A stretch of DNA of 64,000 bases from Porphyridium purpureum (GCA_008690995.1 VRMN01000001.1:2852001-2916000); one strand, 5' to 3'; counted from the stretch's first letter, positions 1 through 10,954 are shown. Numbers and translations are program-made. The notes: generated by a model not told the origin, from the sequence alone.

Positions 1-286
1 CTTGCTCCGCATATCAGTTCATTCACTCTTTCACTCGATTCTCAGACGGCCGCACCTACTTCGATCTTTAATACGTCACCTTCACAACCACAACTTGAAC
101 CAGCTTTGGATCGCAAGACGCTGCCTTGTCCACGCTTGCCAAGTGCGCGATACACTTTCGCAAACTGTGGCGACGCTGCCATCAAGCTCATCAGGCGGAA
201 GCTGTCGACAGCTTCGGAGACGAGCAAGAGGCAGTGAAAAGATCTTCCGGAATCGAGACCCAGAGCACGAACCTTTGTTGACGACT

Positions 287-1708
287 ATGGGATCGGCAGG
301 CGAAGCGGCGTTCGGCAGACCACTGGCCTTTCTCGTCGGATGTGTTCAGAGACCTTCTGTCTCAACCGCAACCCCACGCAAAAGTCGTGAAAGGATTCGC
401 ATGTGTCGCCAGCCAGAGTCGCACGTAATCCGTGTGGTCGGCGCCGGTGTAGCTGGGCTCGCGACCGCGCTGGCTGTGCTGCACCTGGACGCTGGTTCCA
501 AGAGGGTGGTGCGTCGAGTGCTAATTTATGATCAAGCCGAGAATGAGACCCAGCTGCTGGCAGACGCGGGAGCTGCCCTCAACTTGAATGGAGGTGTCGC
601 CGTTCTGCAAAGATTGGGGTTGTTGGAACGCTTGCGTGACGCTGGCATCACGAATTCGAGCGCGACATCAACATTGGTGAATGGCGAAGGGAACGAGCGC
701 CAGCTCTTTAGGATTGATTTCAGTCGTTTTCGCGACAAAGCACGTTCATTGGTAGCGAAAGATGGCAAACAGGTGACGCTTTGCATCATGCGAAAGGCAC
801 TGCTTGCTCTTCTCTTAAACGCCGTACTTCAGGATCCTCGAGCCGAAATCAAGTACGGGGCTAAACTCAAGGGGTGTCGTGAAGACGGCGTTTTGGAATT
901 CGCTGACGGTTCCGTTTCGGAACCGTGCACAGTGTGCATTGGAGCCGACGGAATTCGTTCGAGTGTGCGAGCATTTGTGCTAAATAAGAAAATTGGTGAC
1001 CGGCCGATTTACACAAACATTCGCGTCGTTTTTGCGATTGGTCCGAAGAGATCTCGCATCGAGTCACATCGAGCAGACGACGCCGAACTGAAGCAGTACT
1101 TCAGCGACAGATTCTTTATGCTTTGCTTCACAGGTGGTTGTGGACCAGGCGTCTGCCAAGACATCGTGGCGTTGGTTTTTCGAGACAAATCTGCGGACTT
1201 TGAGAATCCATCATATCGGCGCTGGGATGAAGAAGCCGTGAAAAAGGACGCCTTAGAGCGCATCGCACAAATTACAGTCCCGGCGGATGTTCGCAAATGC
1301 CTCCAACACGCCGACCAATGGATTTCAATACCAGTATTCCAGCGTCGGCCAATACGGCAATGGTCACGTGGAAGATATGTGCTGGTCGGTGACGCAGCAC
1401 ACGCCAGCGCTCCCTTCCTCGGACAAGGGGCAAATCAAGCAATTCAGGATGCTTATTGCCTAGCTACGGAATTGGTTTCGAAGTTGGATAGCGAGAGCTA
1501 CACGGATCTCGAACCGGCCTTCAGACGCTACACGACAAAGCGGTTTCTGCCAACGACAAAGATCATCATTGAAAGCGTCTTGATCGGCTCCATTGAAGCC
1601 CCAGCAGGTGCTCTGGGCGTGATCTTTCGTAACGCGCTTTTCTCCATGCTTGGTAGACTTGGCGTTCCAGAAAAGGTGTATGTGAGTGGGGCGTTGCCGC
1701 GAGTATGA
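287..1708 (+). CDS. FAD-dependent monooxygenase (salicylate hydroxylase/zeaxanthin epoxidase-like), probably organelle-targeted
   Basis: GxGxxG (VVGAGVAG), DG motif (IGADGIRSSVR) and GD motif (LVGDAAHASAPFLGQGANQAIQDA). The frame is open from the window edge; first in-frame ATG is 287. Confidence 0.88.
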   Translation: MGSAGEAAFGRPLAFLVGCVQRPSVSTATPRKSRERIRMCRQPESHVIRVVGAGVAGLATALAVLHLDAGSKRVVRRVLIYDQAENETQLLADAGAALNLNGGVAVLQRLGLLERLRDAGITNSSATSTLVNGEGNERQLFRIDFSRFRDKARSLVAKDGKQVTLCIMRKALLALLLNAVLQDPRAEIKYGAKLKGCREDGVLEFADGSVSEPCTVCIGADGIRSSVRAFVLNKKIGDRPIYTNIRVVFAIGPKRSRIESHRADDAELKQYFSDRFFMLCFTGGCGPGVCQDIVALVFRDKSADFENPSYRRWDEEAVKKDALERIAQITVPADVRKCLQHADQWISIPVFQRRPIRQWSRGRYVLVGDAAHASAPFLGQGANQAIQDAYCLATELVSKLDSESYTDLEPAFRRYTTKRFLPTTKIIIESVLIGSIEAPAGALGVIFRNALFSMLGRLGVPEKVYVSGALPRV

Positions 1709-1787
1709 GAGGCCAAAACATGATGATTGGACCCTTTTTCTTTAGTTGCTTCACTTTGAACCCTCATGTTCTCCGTTCCTGGAATTT

Positions 1788-3641
1788 CTACTTGTTAGTT
1801 TCTTCAACAGCCGAGTAAAAAAGCATGTAGCCCGTCGTGCTCGTAAAAGCAAAATGGTACATGTTACCAAAGGCGCGATTTACGGCCGCCTCACTGCGAA
1901 GTTCCACAACATCATCGTCAAAGAGTACCCATCGCGGACCGGACCTGACAAGAGCAATGTAGTGACCGTGCCCGGCATTCATTCCGATGTGCACTACGAT
2001 CCCGCTCAATTCGTACTTGAAGTCCAATGCGTGCGGAGCTGCTTCCGCATCCGGTGCAAACTCGGCCATATCCAGCGCACTTGGAAACGCCAAGCGCGAA
2101 TTAATTTTCTGAAAGCGCTGTGACACCTCCATGTATTTGAAGCGCTTGAGATGGAACACTAGAACTCGCGGCAATGACCGAATACAAAGCATGCGCTGCG
2201 CTTCTTGGTAGGTGTTACAGCTCTCGCAAAAAAATTTGTCATTACCACGCAAAACTTCTGGTATCATCATGCCACGAATGCACTGCGCAAGAGTTGTGTG
2301 CTTTTCAATGTCCAGCGACAAATCGAAAAACTCCTCATGGCGCTGCGTGACGGCTTCGCATGATAAGCACCGCACCTTGCTCGTGATTTCGCCACCAAAG
2401 ATTGAATGTATTAATGTTTTGAAGTGGCGCGGCGGAATTCTTTCTTGGCCTCGTAGGGGCTGCTGCTGGCTGCTGCAAGACGTGCACGAGGTGCAGTCTT
2501 CACTGCTCTTGATCGTATTATTCGAACGCCCCAAATCCAAGCGCGACTGAAAGCCGTGTGCACTTTGTGCGTGCCCTGCCGCATTCCCGTTGCTGCGCAT
2601 GTGGGCATCTAATAGGCTCCTCTTTGCTGCCACAATCCTGGAAAGACGTGTCTTGTCTTCTTTCAGTAGCGCCTCCGCAAGGTCATTCACCAAGTACATA
2701 AATAGTTCGTGTGCGTCCTGATGGTCACGGCCCCGAAACTGCTCGTTCACGCGGCGCAGAGTGGTCATAAATGCCGCCGGCGTAATGCTCCCAACCTGAC
2801 GGCTTTGTATTTGGATATTCTGAAACAAGGCAATCAACGCATTCAGCAGATCGTCACGCACGGGATCAAAGTACGTGACCTCTGTCTCAAAGTCGTCACC
2901 TCCGTAGTATTGGTACATTCTTGACAAAGTATTATCTTCAATGCGGGCAAATCGATGGCCGTTCTCTCCGCAGTTTTGGCAGTTCGTCGTCGCCCTTGTG
3001 CGCACGTGCGAGTGCGAGATGGACTGCGACTGCGACTGCGACTGCGACGCATGCGAGCTTCCTATTTCCAAACCCACTTTTCTTCTGCTGCTCGTCTTTT
3101 GCTCACGTGCCTTCATCGGCGTTGATCCATCTCCTGGCGTCGCAGCGCTCTTGACCAAAGTTGAGCGCGAGTGCTCGTGGTGATGCTTGCCCCTTTTTGT
3201 GGACATGGATCCATCATGAAGTGGGGCTATGGTGCGCAATCCTCTATCCGGAGTTTGAAATGCAAGTTTGAATGATTGACTTTCGTGTTCAGGGCTCCGT
3301 ATATTGCCGCTTTTGTTTGGAGAACTGGCCACCATGCCGACGGCAGGTCCTGCAGCGGCTGTCGAATGACCGGCTCCACTGCCGTGTTCATGATTCTTCT
3401 GCGCCGCACCACTCCAGTACACGCGCCTCAGCCTGTCATACTCGAGCAGCTGCTCGCGAAACGGCGGGCAAAAGTAGAGAACTTGCAGCAAGCTGTTGCA
3501 GTAGCACGTGTTGCCGCAGTTGCGGAGCCCAATATACCGTTCCTCGTTCAATGCATCATTAGCCAACGCCCGTTCCAACCGATAAGAAGCGCCGAATGGA
3601 CTAGGCAGCGACCCGCCAAGTCCTCCGAACGTGTTGCCCAT
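1788..3641 (-). CDS. Ubiquitin carboxyl-terminal hydrolase, USP12/USP46 (plant UBP3/4)-like
   Basis: Cys box GLRNCGNTCYCNSLLQVLY, QDAHE motif, two CxxC pairs, LKRF, His box GHGHYIALVR..WVLFDDDVV, GYMLFY; N-terminal MG suggests myristoylation. Confidence 0.93.
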   Translation of the reverse strand: MGNTFGGLGGSLPSPFGASYRLERALANDALNEERYIGLRNCGNTCYCNSLLQVLYFCPPFREQLLEYDRLRRVYWSGAAQKNHEHGSGAGHSTAAAGPAVGMVASSPNKSGNIRSPEHESQSFKLAFQTPDRGLRTIAPLHDGSMSTKRGKHHHEHSRSTLVKSAATPGDGSTPMKAREQKTSSRRKVGLEIGSSHASQSQSQSQSISHSHVRTRATTNCQNCGENGHRFARIEDNTLSRMYQYYGGDDFETEVTYFDPVRDDLLNALIALFQNIQIQSRQVGSITPAAFMTTLRRVNEQFRGRDHQDAHELFMYLVNDLAEALLKEDKTRLSRIVAAKRSLLDAHMRSNGNAAGHAQSAHGFQSRLDLGRSNNTIKSSEDCTSCTSCSSQQQPLRGQERIPPRHFKTLIHSIFGGEITSKVRCLSCEAVTQRHEEFFDLSLDIEKHTTLAQCIRGMMIPEVLRGNDKFFCESCNTYQEAQRMLCIRSLPRVLVFHLKRFKYMEVSQRFQKINSRLAFPSALDMAEFAPDAEAAPHALDFKYELSGIVVHIGMNAGHGHYIALVRSGPRWVLFDDDVVELRSEAAVNRAFGNMYHFAFTSTTGYMLFYSAVEETNK

Positions 3642-3896
3642 CCAGCGTTCCTGCGACTCGGCCGCTAAACGTCTCGCTCGTTCATTCTTCTACAACTGCC
3701 TCAAACCATGCATGGCGCCGCTCTCGCGCAATCACGCGTATCGACTTCTCAGTTTAACGGCTTAACAGCTTAGCGGCTTATCGGCGCACTTTGTGTTGCG
3801 AACGCGAATGGCAAGCAAACGGCTGAGGCACACGTGCTTCAAAGTTGCGCGGGCAGCAAGAGATGGCTTGTTCTGCACAGAGGCAAGGCGCCGAGG

Positions 3897-5495
3897 ATGG
3901 ATGCGTTGAGCACGCAGAGGGCATGCGACGAAGACGCTGGCTCACAAAGATACAGTCGCGGTTCTGGTTCGGGTTTGAGCCCACAGAGGCAATCGGCACT
4001 GCGGTCGCCGGTTCGTCAAGCGCAGGACCAGCACGGTCACAGCGAACGAGGAGAACAAGCGGCTCGTACATTATCGCATCCGCGTGGAGGCAGCAGCAGC
4101 AGCAGTATTAGTAGTAGCGATCGCTGCTCATCATTGGAAGCTCTAGACTGTGAGCTAGATTCCGGACCATCGCGGCTGCTGTCTGATCGTGCGTCGCATG
4201 GCATTTTCCTAGTGCTTGGGATTGGAATCCTCTCTCCATGGAATGTGCTCGTCGCAGCGACAAGCTACCTGCAAAGCGTCCATCCTGGTAAGCCAGTGGA
4301 GTTTGCGGTTGCCGTTTTTTACTTTTGGCCACTCTTCCTCTCCGCCGCAGTGATTTTTCTACTGCAGCTCAGACCAGGCTTGTTGTCGTCGATAGCAGGT
4401 GGCTTTGTACTGTTCGGAATCATTCTGATGCTTTTGCCCGTAGGTGCGGCGCGGTCCATGTTCGTCTTGCTCCTGCTAGTGACCGTGCTTAGTATTGCTG
4501 ACGCTTTCGCCCAAGGTGCACTGTGGGCTGCGGCCGGGATCTACGGTGATGACGACTTTGCTCCCGCGAGTGCGCTCAACGTCGGCATGGGCATTGCGGG
4601 CGTACTCGTCTTGCTGGTTCAGGCACTTCTTTCTACGTCTACTAAGGAAGTCACGACTGACTCGGGTGGAGGTGGGTCTGTGAAGGCGATTTTGGTGTTT
4701 TTTTGGAGCGCGGCGTTCTTTTCATTTGCATGTGCCGCTTTATTCGCCTACTTGAGGACGCAGAATCTGCCGTTCATTCGCGCACTGCAAGCCAGTCGAT
4801 ACAGCCGGCAAATCGACAAGGCACAGGCTGGAGAGCGCCAGTCGATTTCGTACGACGATCAGCGCGAGCAAGTGCAAGGAAGATTATCGATTTCTGGCAT
4901 ATCAGTGGTCTCCAGAATACGAGCTTCGTGGCAGCTCTTCCTACTCATGCTCCCGGACGCGGCGACTGTGTTTTCTGTCTTTTTCGTGACTTTGAGCTTG
5001 TTCCCGGGAGTGCTAGTGCGGTGTCTTCAGAGAGCACCCGAGCGCAACCTGACATTGTGCTTTCATCATGGAAAGGCATGGTGTGCGATGACGCCAGGCA
5101 GTGCAACGTTTGTGCTCATTCTTACCTTTGCCGTGTTCGACTTGGTCGGAAAGCTGCTCGCGTCGCCAGCCGTTCGTCTTGTCTCCTCGCGTGCCACCTT
5201 GGCATGCGCACTTTCTCGCCTTGGTTTTGTTCCCTTGTTCGCGCTCTTGTTTGTGCACGCCGGCACGATGATGACGTCTGCGTTGCGGGTTGTTTCGTTT
5301 TTGGTCATGGTGGCTCTTTTCGCCGTATCAAATGGTCTTCTTGCTGGCGTTGCGATGCTTCAAGGTCCCAAGCAAGTAGAGTCCGACCAGCGCGAGCTGG
5401 CCGGGTTTGTCATGAGCTTTGCTCTGATGGCTGGTCTTGCATGTGGGTCCGCGCTTGGACTCGCTGTCGCCAGCGCGCTTATGAAAGAAACTTGA
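3897..5495 (+). CDS. Equilibrative nucleoside transporter (ENT/SLC29)
   Basis: LGIGILSPWN (TM1), FFVTLSLFPG, FDLVGK, SNG motifs; about 11 hydrophobic segments; first ATG at 3897. Confidence 0.9.
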   Translation: MDALSTQRACDEDAGSQRYSRGSGSGLSPQRQSALRSPVRQAQDQHGHSERGEQAARTLSHPRGGSSSSSISSSDRCSSLEALDCELDSGPSRLLSDRASHGIFLVLGIGILSPWNVLVAATSYLQSVHPGKPVEFAVAVFYFWPLFLSAAVIFLLQLRPGLLSSIAGGFVLFGIILMLLPVGAARSMFVLLLLVTVLSIADAFAQGALWAAAGIYGDDDFAPASALNVGMGIAGVLVLLVQALLSTSTKEVTTDSGGGGSVKAILVFFWSAAFFSFACAALFAYLRTQNLPFIRALQASRYSRQIDKAQAGERQSISYDDQREQVQGRLSISGISVVSRIRASWQLFLLMLPDAATVFSVFFVTLSLFPGVLVRCLQRAPERNLTLCFHHGKAWCAMTPGSATFVLILTFAVFDLVGKLLASPAVRLVSSRATLACALSRLGFVPLFALLFVHAGTMMTSALRVVSFLVMVALFAVSNGLLAGVAMLQGPKQVESDQRELAGFVMSFALMAGLACGSALGLAVASALMKET

Positions 5496-5544
5496 GCGGT
5501 CTGCCAGCCTTTCTCCGGGACGCCACCTACGGCAATAGTAGAAT

Positions 5545-5973
5545 TCAAGAGTCTGATTGAAGAATTTCGAGCACGGCGTCCAGCACGTGCAGCTGCTCCG
5601 GCTTGCTCGCACTCAGCCCACTGTCGATCATGTGTTTCCTGGCGTCACAGACGGAGAACCATTGGCGCTTGCGCTGAAACCGCTCCGCCCATTCCTCCTC
5701 CGGAAGCTCGCGCGCCTCGTCCAGAAGCCATACATGCATGACGCTGCCTTCTCGATACGGAAACTCGCCCACAAAGGCACCAAGAACGCCGCAAACACCT
5801 GCCTCTTCTCGGGCCTCGCGAAGTGCGGCATCCTGTGCGCGCTCGTCGGGCTCGACGGTGCCTTTTGGCAGCACCCAAAACTGAGGTTTGGAGCGTGCGC
5901 TCACAAGCAGAACGTGCGGAATGCCACCGCGCGTCTGGACGGCAAGCGCAGTTGCAGAGTGCTTGCCTGTCAT
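5545..5973 (-). CDS. Nudix hydrolase (diphosphoinositol polyphosphate phosphohydrolase-like)
   Basis: Nudix box GTVEPDERAQDAALREAREEAGV preceded by VLLVS..WVLPKG; WAERFQRKRQWF resembles the DIPP subfamily; start codon uncertain. Confidence 0.88.
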   Translation of the reverse strand: MTGKHSATALAVQTRGGIPHVLLVSARSKPQFWVLPKGTVEPDERAQDAALREAREEAGVCGVLGAFVGEFPYREGSVMHVWLLDEARELPEEEWAERFQRKRQWFSVCDARKHMIDSGLSASKPEQLHVLDAVLEILQSDS

Positions 5974-6212
5974 TGGAGGATTAATCACGTGCACCTGCCG
6001 TCCCGTTCCAAACGCGTAATTGGGCTTTCGGCACAACCTTTTGGTCACCGATGGGTTTAGGTTGTTCACTTAAGTATATAGATTTACAGCAAAACAAAAG
6101 GGAGAATGACAACGGGGAGTCCCGAAAACAGGAGCACAGAGGCGAAGCGCACGAACGGCAGAAGCACTAACCGCGCGCCGAGCACGAGCGCGCGACGTTC
6201 AAGTGCGTCACG

Positions 6213-6956
6213 CTATCGGGACGCATACACTGTTTGCGGGACAAACCGCGCGACTTCAAGCTCCGGCTCGGTGGACAGCGGGCACGCATTATCGCCGTAC
6301 ACTTTTTCGTATTCGTAACTCTCGACGAGCGCGTCAATGACGGCATTGTAACCCGACGAAGAAAGAATGAGCGCATACTTGGCAAACTCTGCCTCGCCCT
6401 GGACGGGCCGTCCCAACACCTTGAGAACGGTGCTCTCCACAAACAGCGGCGTGCTCTTATTGAGGAAGAAGAGCTTCTTGTAGGTTTCAGACTTGAGCAC
6501 GAGCGACACAAAGCCGCGCAGCGAGAGACAGCCGTCGAACAACAAGCGTTCGGCGCTGTACAGCGCGTCGTCAGACTCGAAGACCTCACGCCACGCCATG
6601 CCGAACATGCGGCTGTAGACGCCGCAGACCGCGTCGTCAATCTGCTCATCATCTGCCGCAGCATCCAACACAATGCGGGCGGGCGAGCCCGCGGACCAGA
6701 GCGCAAGGCCATTGAATCGGGCAGCGCCGCTTTCCCAACCGTGCTGCACCACGCTCTGTGCGCGCGCACCTTGCGCGGCGGCTCCTCCCCTCACGCCCGC
6801 GTCATCGCCGTCTCGCGCGCCGCTCATCCTGGTCGCACACCTTCCGCTCACCGCGCGCACGCCCGCATTGCCCTGCCCCGCCGCCGCCGCAACACATCCC
6901 GCCGTTCCCCGGACCACACATGATCTCGTCCCCACCAACGCCACCCCAAACGCCAT
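6213..6956 (-). CDS. Nucleus-encoded phycobilisome linker polypeptide (PBS linker domain) with plastid transit peptide
   Basis: MAFGVA transit-peptide start; linker-domain motifs SLRGFVSLVLKSETYKKLF, VLGRP, GYNAVIDALVESYEYEKVYGDN. Confidence 0.85.
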   Translation of the reverse strand: MAFGVALVGTRSCVVRGTAGCVAAAAGQGNAGVRAVSGRCATRMSGARDGDDAGVRGGAAAQGARAQSVVQHGWESGAARFNGLALWSAGSPARIVLDAAADDEQIDDAVCGVYSRMFGMAWREVFESDDALYSAERLLFDGCLSLRGFVSLVLKSETYKKLFFLNKSTPLFVESTVLKVLGRPVQGEAEFAKYALILSSSGYNAVIDALVESYEYEKVYGDNACPLSTEPELEVARFVPQTVYASR

Positions 6957-7766
6957 CTTCCCCAACTCTTCCCCCCCTCTACTCCCCACACCACCACCAA
7001 CCCGTCCGGTGCTTTCCTCACCTTTCCCCTCTCCCTCGCCCTTCTCCCTCACCCTGCCTCCCTCCCTTCTCGCCCTTTAATTTCCTCCGGCATAATCCCA
7101 AAAAACCGACCGCTCTAACAAAGCGCATCAAACCCGATGCAAACACACCGCACCAATACCCACCCGCGCGGCTTCTCGATGTGAAACACCATCTCCCGCG
7201 TGTTCTTATCAAAACGCCGTTCATACAAAACGAGCAGCATTGACCAAACCCAACCTTCACCCGCCACCTTCTCACCGCCGAAAACCAAAAAAAAGGCAAA
7301 AAACCCAAGAACAACCCCTCAGCGGAAACACTGTACCTGTGTCTAAGTCGTCGGGTCCATATCACAAAACAGCAGCGTTCGGCCACAACCGCAAAGTACA
7401 GTGCGCGCTCGCAACATCTGCGCTGCGGCAAACACCAACAAAATCTCCGTCGGGCGCGCGTGGAGAAGAACCGGGGGAGGAGCGGGCAAGTCAGGTCGTG
7501 GCGACTGCGATTCGCTCTACCCTAGACGCAAATTTACGCTTCGTAGTAGTGTGGGGGCGATGAGATGCGGCATGGTATTCCCATCATCAGAACACACGAG
7601 GAAAAAAGTGGGGGGCACGGAAGATGATGTACAGTTGGAGCTGTACTTGTGCGTGAGATTTCGCGCGAGGAAGGCATGTGGGCGTGGCGGGATAGGAGGG
7701 TAGTAGGGGTGAGGTATTGGGGGCAGAAGAACGGTGGAAGAAGCAGGAAGTGATGTGGGAGAAGAC

Positions 7767-8579
7767 ATGGCATTTGGTGTGTGGGTGGCATTGAAGGCAG
7801 GTCGGAGCGTGAGCTGGAGGCGCGCGGGCGTGTGTGGTGGGGGCGGTGAGCTTGCGCGAGTTCGCGCGGTGCAGAGGGTGAGGATGGCGGCGGCGGCGGC
7901 GGATGGCATGTCGAATGTGGCCACGCTCAGGAAGGAGTATTCGGCGCAGGGCATTGAGGATGAGGATGTCGGGCTGCATGGCGACGCGCAGGATCCGTTC
8001 GCGCTGTTCAGGTTGTGGTTCCAGCAGGCAGTCGACGCACAAGTGCATGAGCCAAACGCCATGTGCCTGGCAACCGCCACCAAGAACGGCGTGCCGTCGG
8101 CGCGGTACGTCCTGTTGAAGGGCTTTGACGAGCGCGGCTTTTGCTGGTACACAAATTATGGAAGCCGGAAAGCGGCCGAGCTGGAAGAAAACCCGCACGC
8201 CGCGCTGTGCTTTTGGTGGGGTGAGATGGAGCGCTCGGTGCGCATCGAAGGACGCGTCGCTCGCGTGGACCCCGCAGAGTCACAGCAGTACTTTGACTCG
8301 CGGCCGGCGTCAGCAAGACTTGGCGCGATAGCGTCGGACCAGAGCCGGCCCATCGAAAGCCGGGCTGCGCTAGACCAGAAATTTGAAAATTTGACGCGCA
8401 CGTTCCTGGATGAGAATGGCGCGGAGAAGGTCAAGATCGAACGCCCGGCCCTTTGGGGAGGCTTCAGACTGGAACCGCGCGTGTTTGAATTTTGGAAGGG
8501 CCGCGAGAGTCGCGTGCATGACCGCATTGTCTTTACGCACAGCGGCACCGGGTGGCGCGTCGAGCGCTTGCAGCCCTGA
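7767..8579 (+). CDS. pdxH: Pyridoxine/pyridoxamine 5'-phosphate oxidase, plastid-targeted
   Basis: EPNAMCLAT, PSARYVLLKGFD, YTNYGSRK, RSVRIEG, YFDSRP, WGGF, EFWKGRESRVHDR, RLQP; MAFGV transit peptide. Confidence 0.95.
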   Translation: MAFGVWVALKAGRSVSWRRAGVCGGGGELARVRAVQRVRMAAAAADGMSNVATLRKEYSAQGIEDEDVGLHGDAQDPFALFRLWFQQAVDAQVHEPNAMCLATATKNGVPSARYVLLKGFDERGFCWYTNYGSRKAAELEENPHAALCFWWGEMERSVRIEGRVARVDPAESQQYFDSRPASARLGAIASDQSRPIESRAALDQKFENLTRTFLDENGAEKVKIERPALWGGFRLEPRVFEFWKGRESRVHDRIVFTHSGTGWRVERLQP

Positions 8580-8716
8580 AAATCTCGAATACTAATAAAA
8601 TCCGGAGTGCTTTCTGGGACGACGTTTTCTGTTGCACGAAAAGGCGCATCTGAACCGGAGGGACAGACCAAGGGGGAGAAAGCAACTCGTTCACATGTGT
8701 TGTGCGCAAAGGAAGG

Positions 8717-10108
8717 ATGCCATGTTTCGTGCCGCTGCCAGTACCCTGTCGCGGGCGTCATGGGAGGGCAGCCTTAATGTGCCGTGCGGACAAAGGTAGG
8801 TGGTGTAAATTGCGGGCCCGTGAAAACAAAACACACATGGCGTGGGACGACGATGGCGGAAATCAGAGCAGGCGGCGCCACGGCGATAGAGACGACAATC
8901 GTGATGCGGATGACGACAAGTTCAAATTTGCAGGCTGGAATCCCGCGACGCCCAGCGCGTTTATGCGTGTGTTTCTCATTCCGGACGATTTATTCAGTGA
9001 GGTGATGCTGCCTGGCCTGGAACGAACGCTGGAAATTGATACCCAAAGAAATCATAATCTGCCGCGAAACGCACCACGCCGCTCTTCGGCGTCATCTGAT
9101 GCCGACGTATACGCTGAATCGATATTCAGGGCCATTCATTCACATTCGGAAGCAAGCCCCTCTGCGCACGACCCATTCAGCGTCGGGTCGCGTGCGGTGT
9201 TTGGACAGCGCGTATCTCCCGTGCGCGGTGCGTCACCAGGTGAAAATGAGGCAAAGACGCAGGAAGGACCCTCCACTGCCGTCCTCGTCGAGAGCATTGT
9301 TCTCGCCGTCTTTGATACAAGCATGACAATCCAGCTTCGAGGTGTTTCTCGGCTACGCGTGGAGCGTGAACTCGGCAGAGAGTCGTCGCTAGACGGTGTT
9401 AAGGACGCTGGGATACCTGCTTCGCAAGCCACGTCGATGCAGCCTCAGCCCGTGCTGGCGCGAGTCTTTGAAGATGAGGCCGTGCGCTCATTCGAGCAGC
9501 GCCTGGAGCTCGCAGAAGCAGAGTGGTCTGTGTGGACGCTCGCCAAGAAGCTTGTTGAGCTGGACATGCGCATCAAGAGGGCTGAGCTAGGACTCAAGAG
9601 CTCAAGCGACGGATCTGGCTTGGCCAAAGGACGTGAGCAGAAGTTCGCACAGAATCAGTCTTTGTTGGCCGGGCTGTCGGGATATCCAGATATGGTCGAC
9701 TTCCCGGTCTCTGCGTACTTCCTGCCTCCAATGGTGCACGCGCTAGCGCCAAAAGACTACGACCGCGTAATTGAGCGGAACGAATGGGAGCAGACACCCG
9801 TGGGTATTCGCAAAATGTGGCAGGACCGTGCTTGCCGCTTTTCGTTTGCCGTGCTGGACATGTACCAGCAGAGCGAGCGCTCTGGACTGAACAGTCGGCG
9901 CTCGGATACGACACCGCTGACGCGAGCGCAGAGCATGCAGGGCGTGGGTCTACAACAAGATATTTACGAACTTGTCACGACGGTGGACACGTGCGCGCGC
10001 TTTGCCGCAATGGAGAAAAGGTTACGGGTGCGAGAGGCAGAGCAGACTGCCAAACTCGCGGTGCTGACGGCATTTATTTCAGATGGAAGCGACGATGCTA
10101 CTGATTAG
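8717..10108 (+). CDS. Hypothetical plastid protein with possible Lon protease N-terminal (substrate-binding) domain, no ATPase or protease domain
   Basis: Transit-like N-terminus (MPCFV); EVMLPG..LEI, IQLRGVSRLRV, FSFAV and ELVTTVDTCARF resemble LON_N pattern elements. Confidence 0.55.
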   Translation: MPCFVPLPVPCRGRHGRAALMCRADKGRWCKLRARENKTHMAWDDDGGNQSRRRHGDRDDNRDADDDKFKFAGWNPATPSAFMRVFLIPDDLFSEVMLPGLERTLEIDTQRNHNLPRNAPRRSSASSDADVYAESIFRAIHSHSEASPSAHDPFSVGSRAVFGQRVSPVRGASPGENEAKTQEGPSTAVLVESIVLAVFDTSMTIQLRGVSRLRVERELGRESSLDGVKDAGIPASQATSMQPQPVLARVFEDEAVRSFEQRLELAEAEWSVWTLAKKLVELDMRIKRAELGLKSSSDGSGLAKGREQKFAQNQSLLAGLSGYPDMVDFPVSAYFLPPMVHALAPKDYDRVIERNEWEQTPVGIRKMWQDRACRFSFAVLDMYQQSERSGLNSRRSDTTPLTRAQSMQGVGLQQDIYELVTTVDTCARFAAMEKRLRVREAEQTAKLAVLTAFISDGSDDATD

Positions 10109-10687
10109 TAGCCCGCTTTCCAGAGCTTCGCAAGCATGTCTCGGAGTCTAACCTCAAATGCTAGTCTGTCATCCGGACCGTCAAACTGCGTTGACTCGAC
10201 GCAACCAATAAATAGGATTTTCCGTGTCTTGCCGATGCACAACGTACAGCTGTTCGTGCGCGAGTACTTTGACGGTCGCTGCTCATCATCCAGTGTGCGC
10301 GTTTGCGCCACTAGCAAAGAAGGTCCGTCCGCAAACGCCACCTCGCATTTGATGGGCACATAGCGCAGGCCATCCACAAAAATCCCGTCCTCTATCATTG
10401 CGAGCAGCGTGGGCGCGTCGTCGGATGTCAGCATTCTGACCAGGCTCGAAAATGTACCAGAGTCTACAACCGGCACTATACCGTCAAAGTCGGGCGTGGA
10501 TGCCCATGTTTTGCCGTTGGCCAAGCCGCTGATGCAAGCGTGCGAAAAGCCGATGCACACCGCGTTCTGCTGCAAATACTAGCATACGGACAACAAGAAA
10601 GAGGCAACTCGATGATTTCGGATAATGGACAAGACCAATGCAAGAACGCACCGAGAATGATTCACAGGTCAGCAAGCTCATGTTCAT
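10105..10687 (-). CDS. Profilin-like protein, two exons (10687-10652 and 10578-10105)
   Basis: HACISGLANGKTWAST, GIFVDGLRY, IGKTRKILFIG and C-terminal LWKAGY fit profilin; a GTGCG...CTAG intron (10651-10579) joins ATG 10687 in frame. Confidence 0.75.
10579..10651 (-). other. Predicted 73-nt GT-AG spliceosomal intron in the profilin gene
   Basis: Minus strand reads TTCTCG|GTGCGT...ATGCTAG|TATTTGCAG; removal restores the frame and supplies the missing ATG. Confidence 0.65.
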
Positions 10688-10954
10688 CTCGGCATGTCGT
10701 TCGTCTTCTCTCAGCCTGCCCGCGTGAAAAAGGTCAAGACCCCCGCATAAGACGCAAAATAAAGACTCGGCTTCACGGTAGCGGCACCGCAGCAAGCACT
10801 ATGAACAGCGCGCCTTACCCCCTCTGCATACGTACCTTATCCCATTCAGACATGACTCGAGCCGTCCATTGCCCGCCTTGCTGTGCATCTTGTCCTAAAT
10901 AGGTTAAGATCTTGGGCTGGCCAGGCGTGACTGCCCTGAGTGCTGAACCGCAAG

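Noticed and set aside
3021..3048. (GACTGC)n run
   Set aside because: Simply encodes an SQ repeat in the disordered insertion of the USP gene
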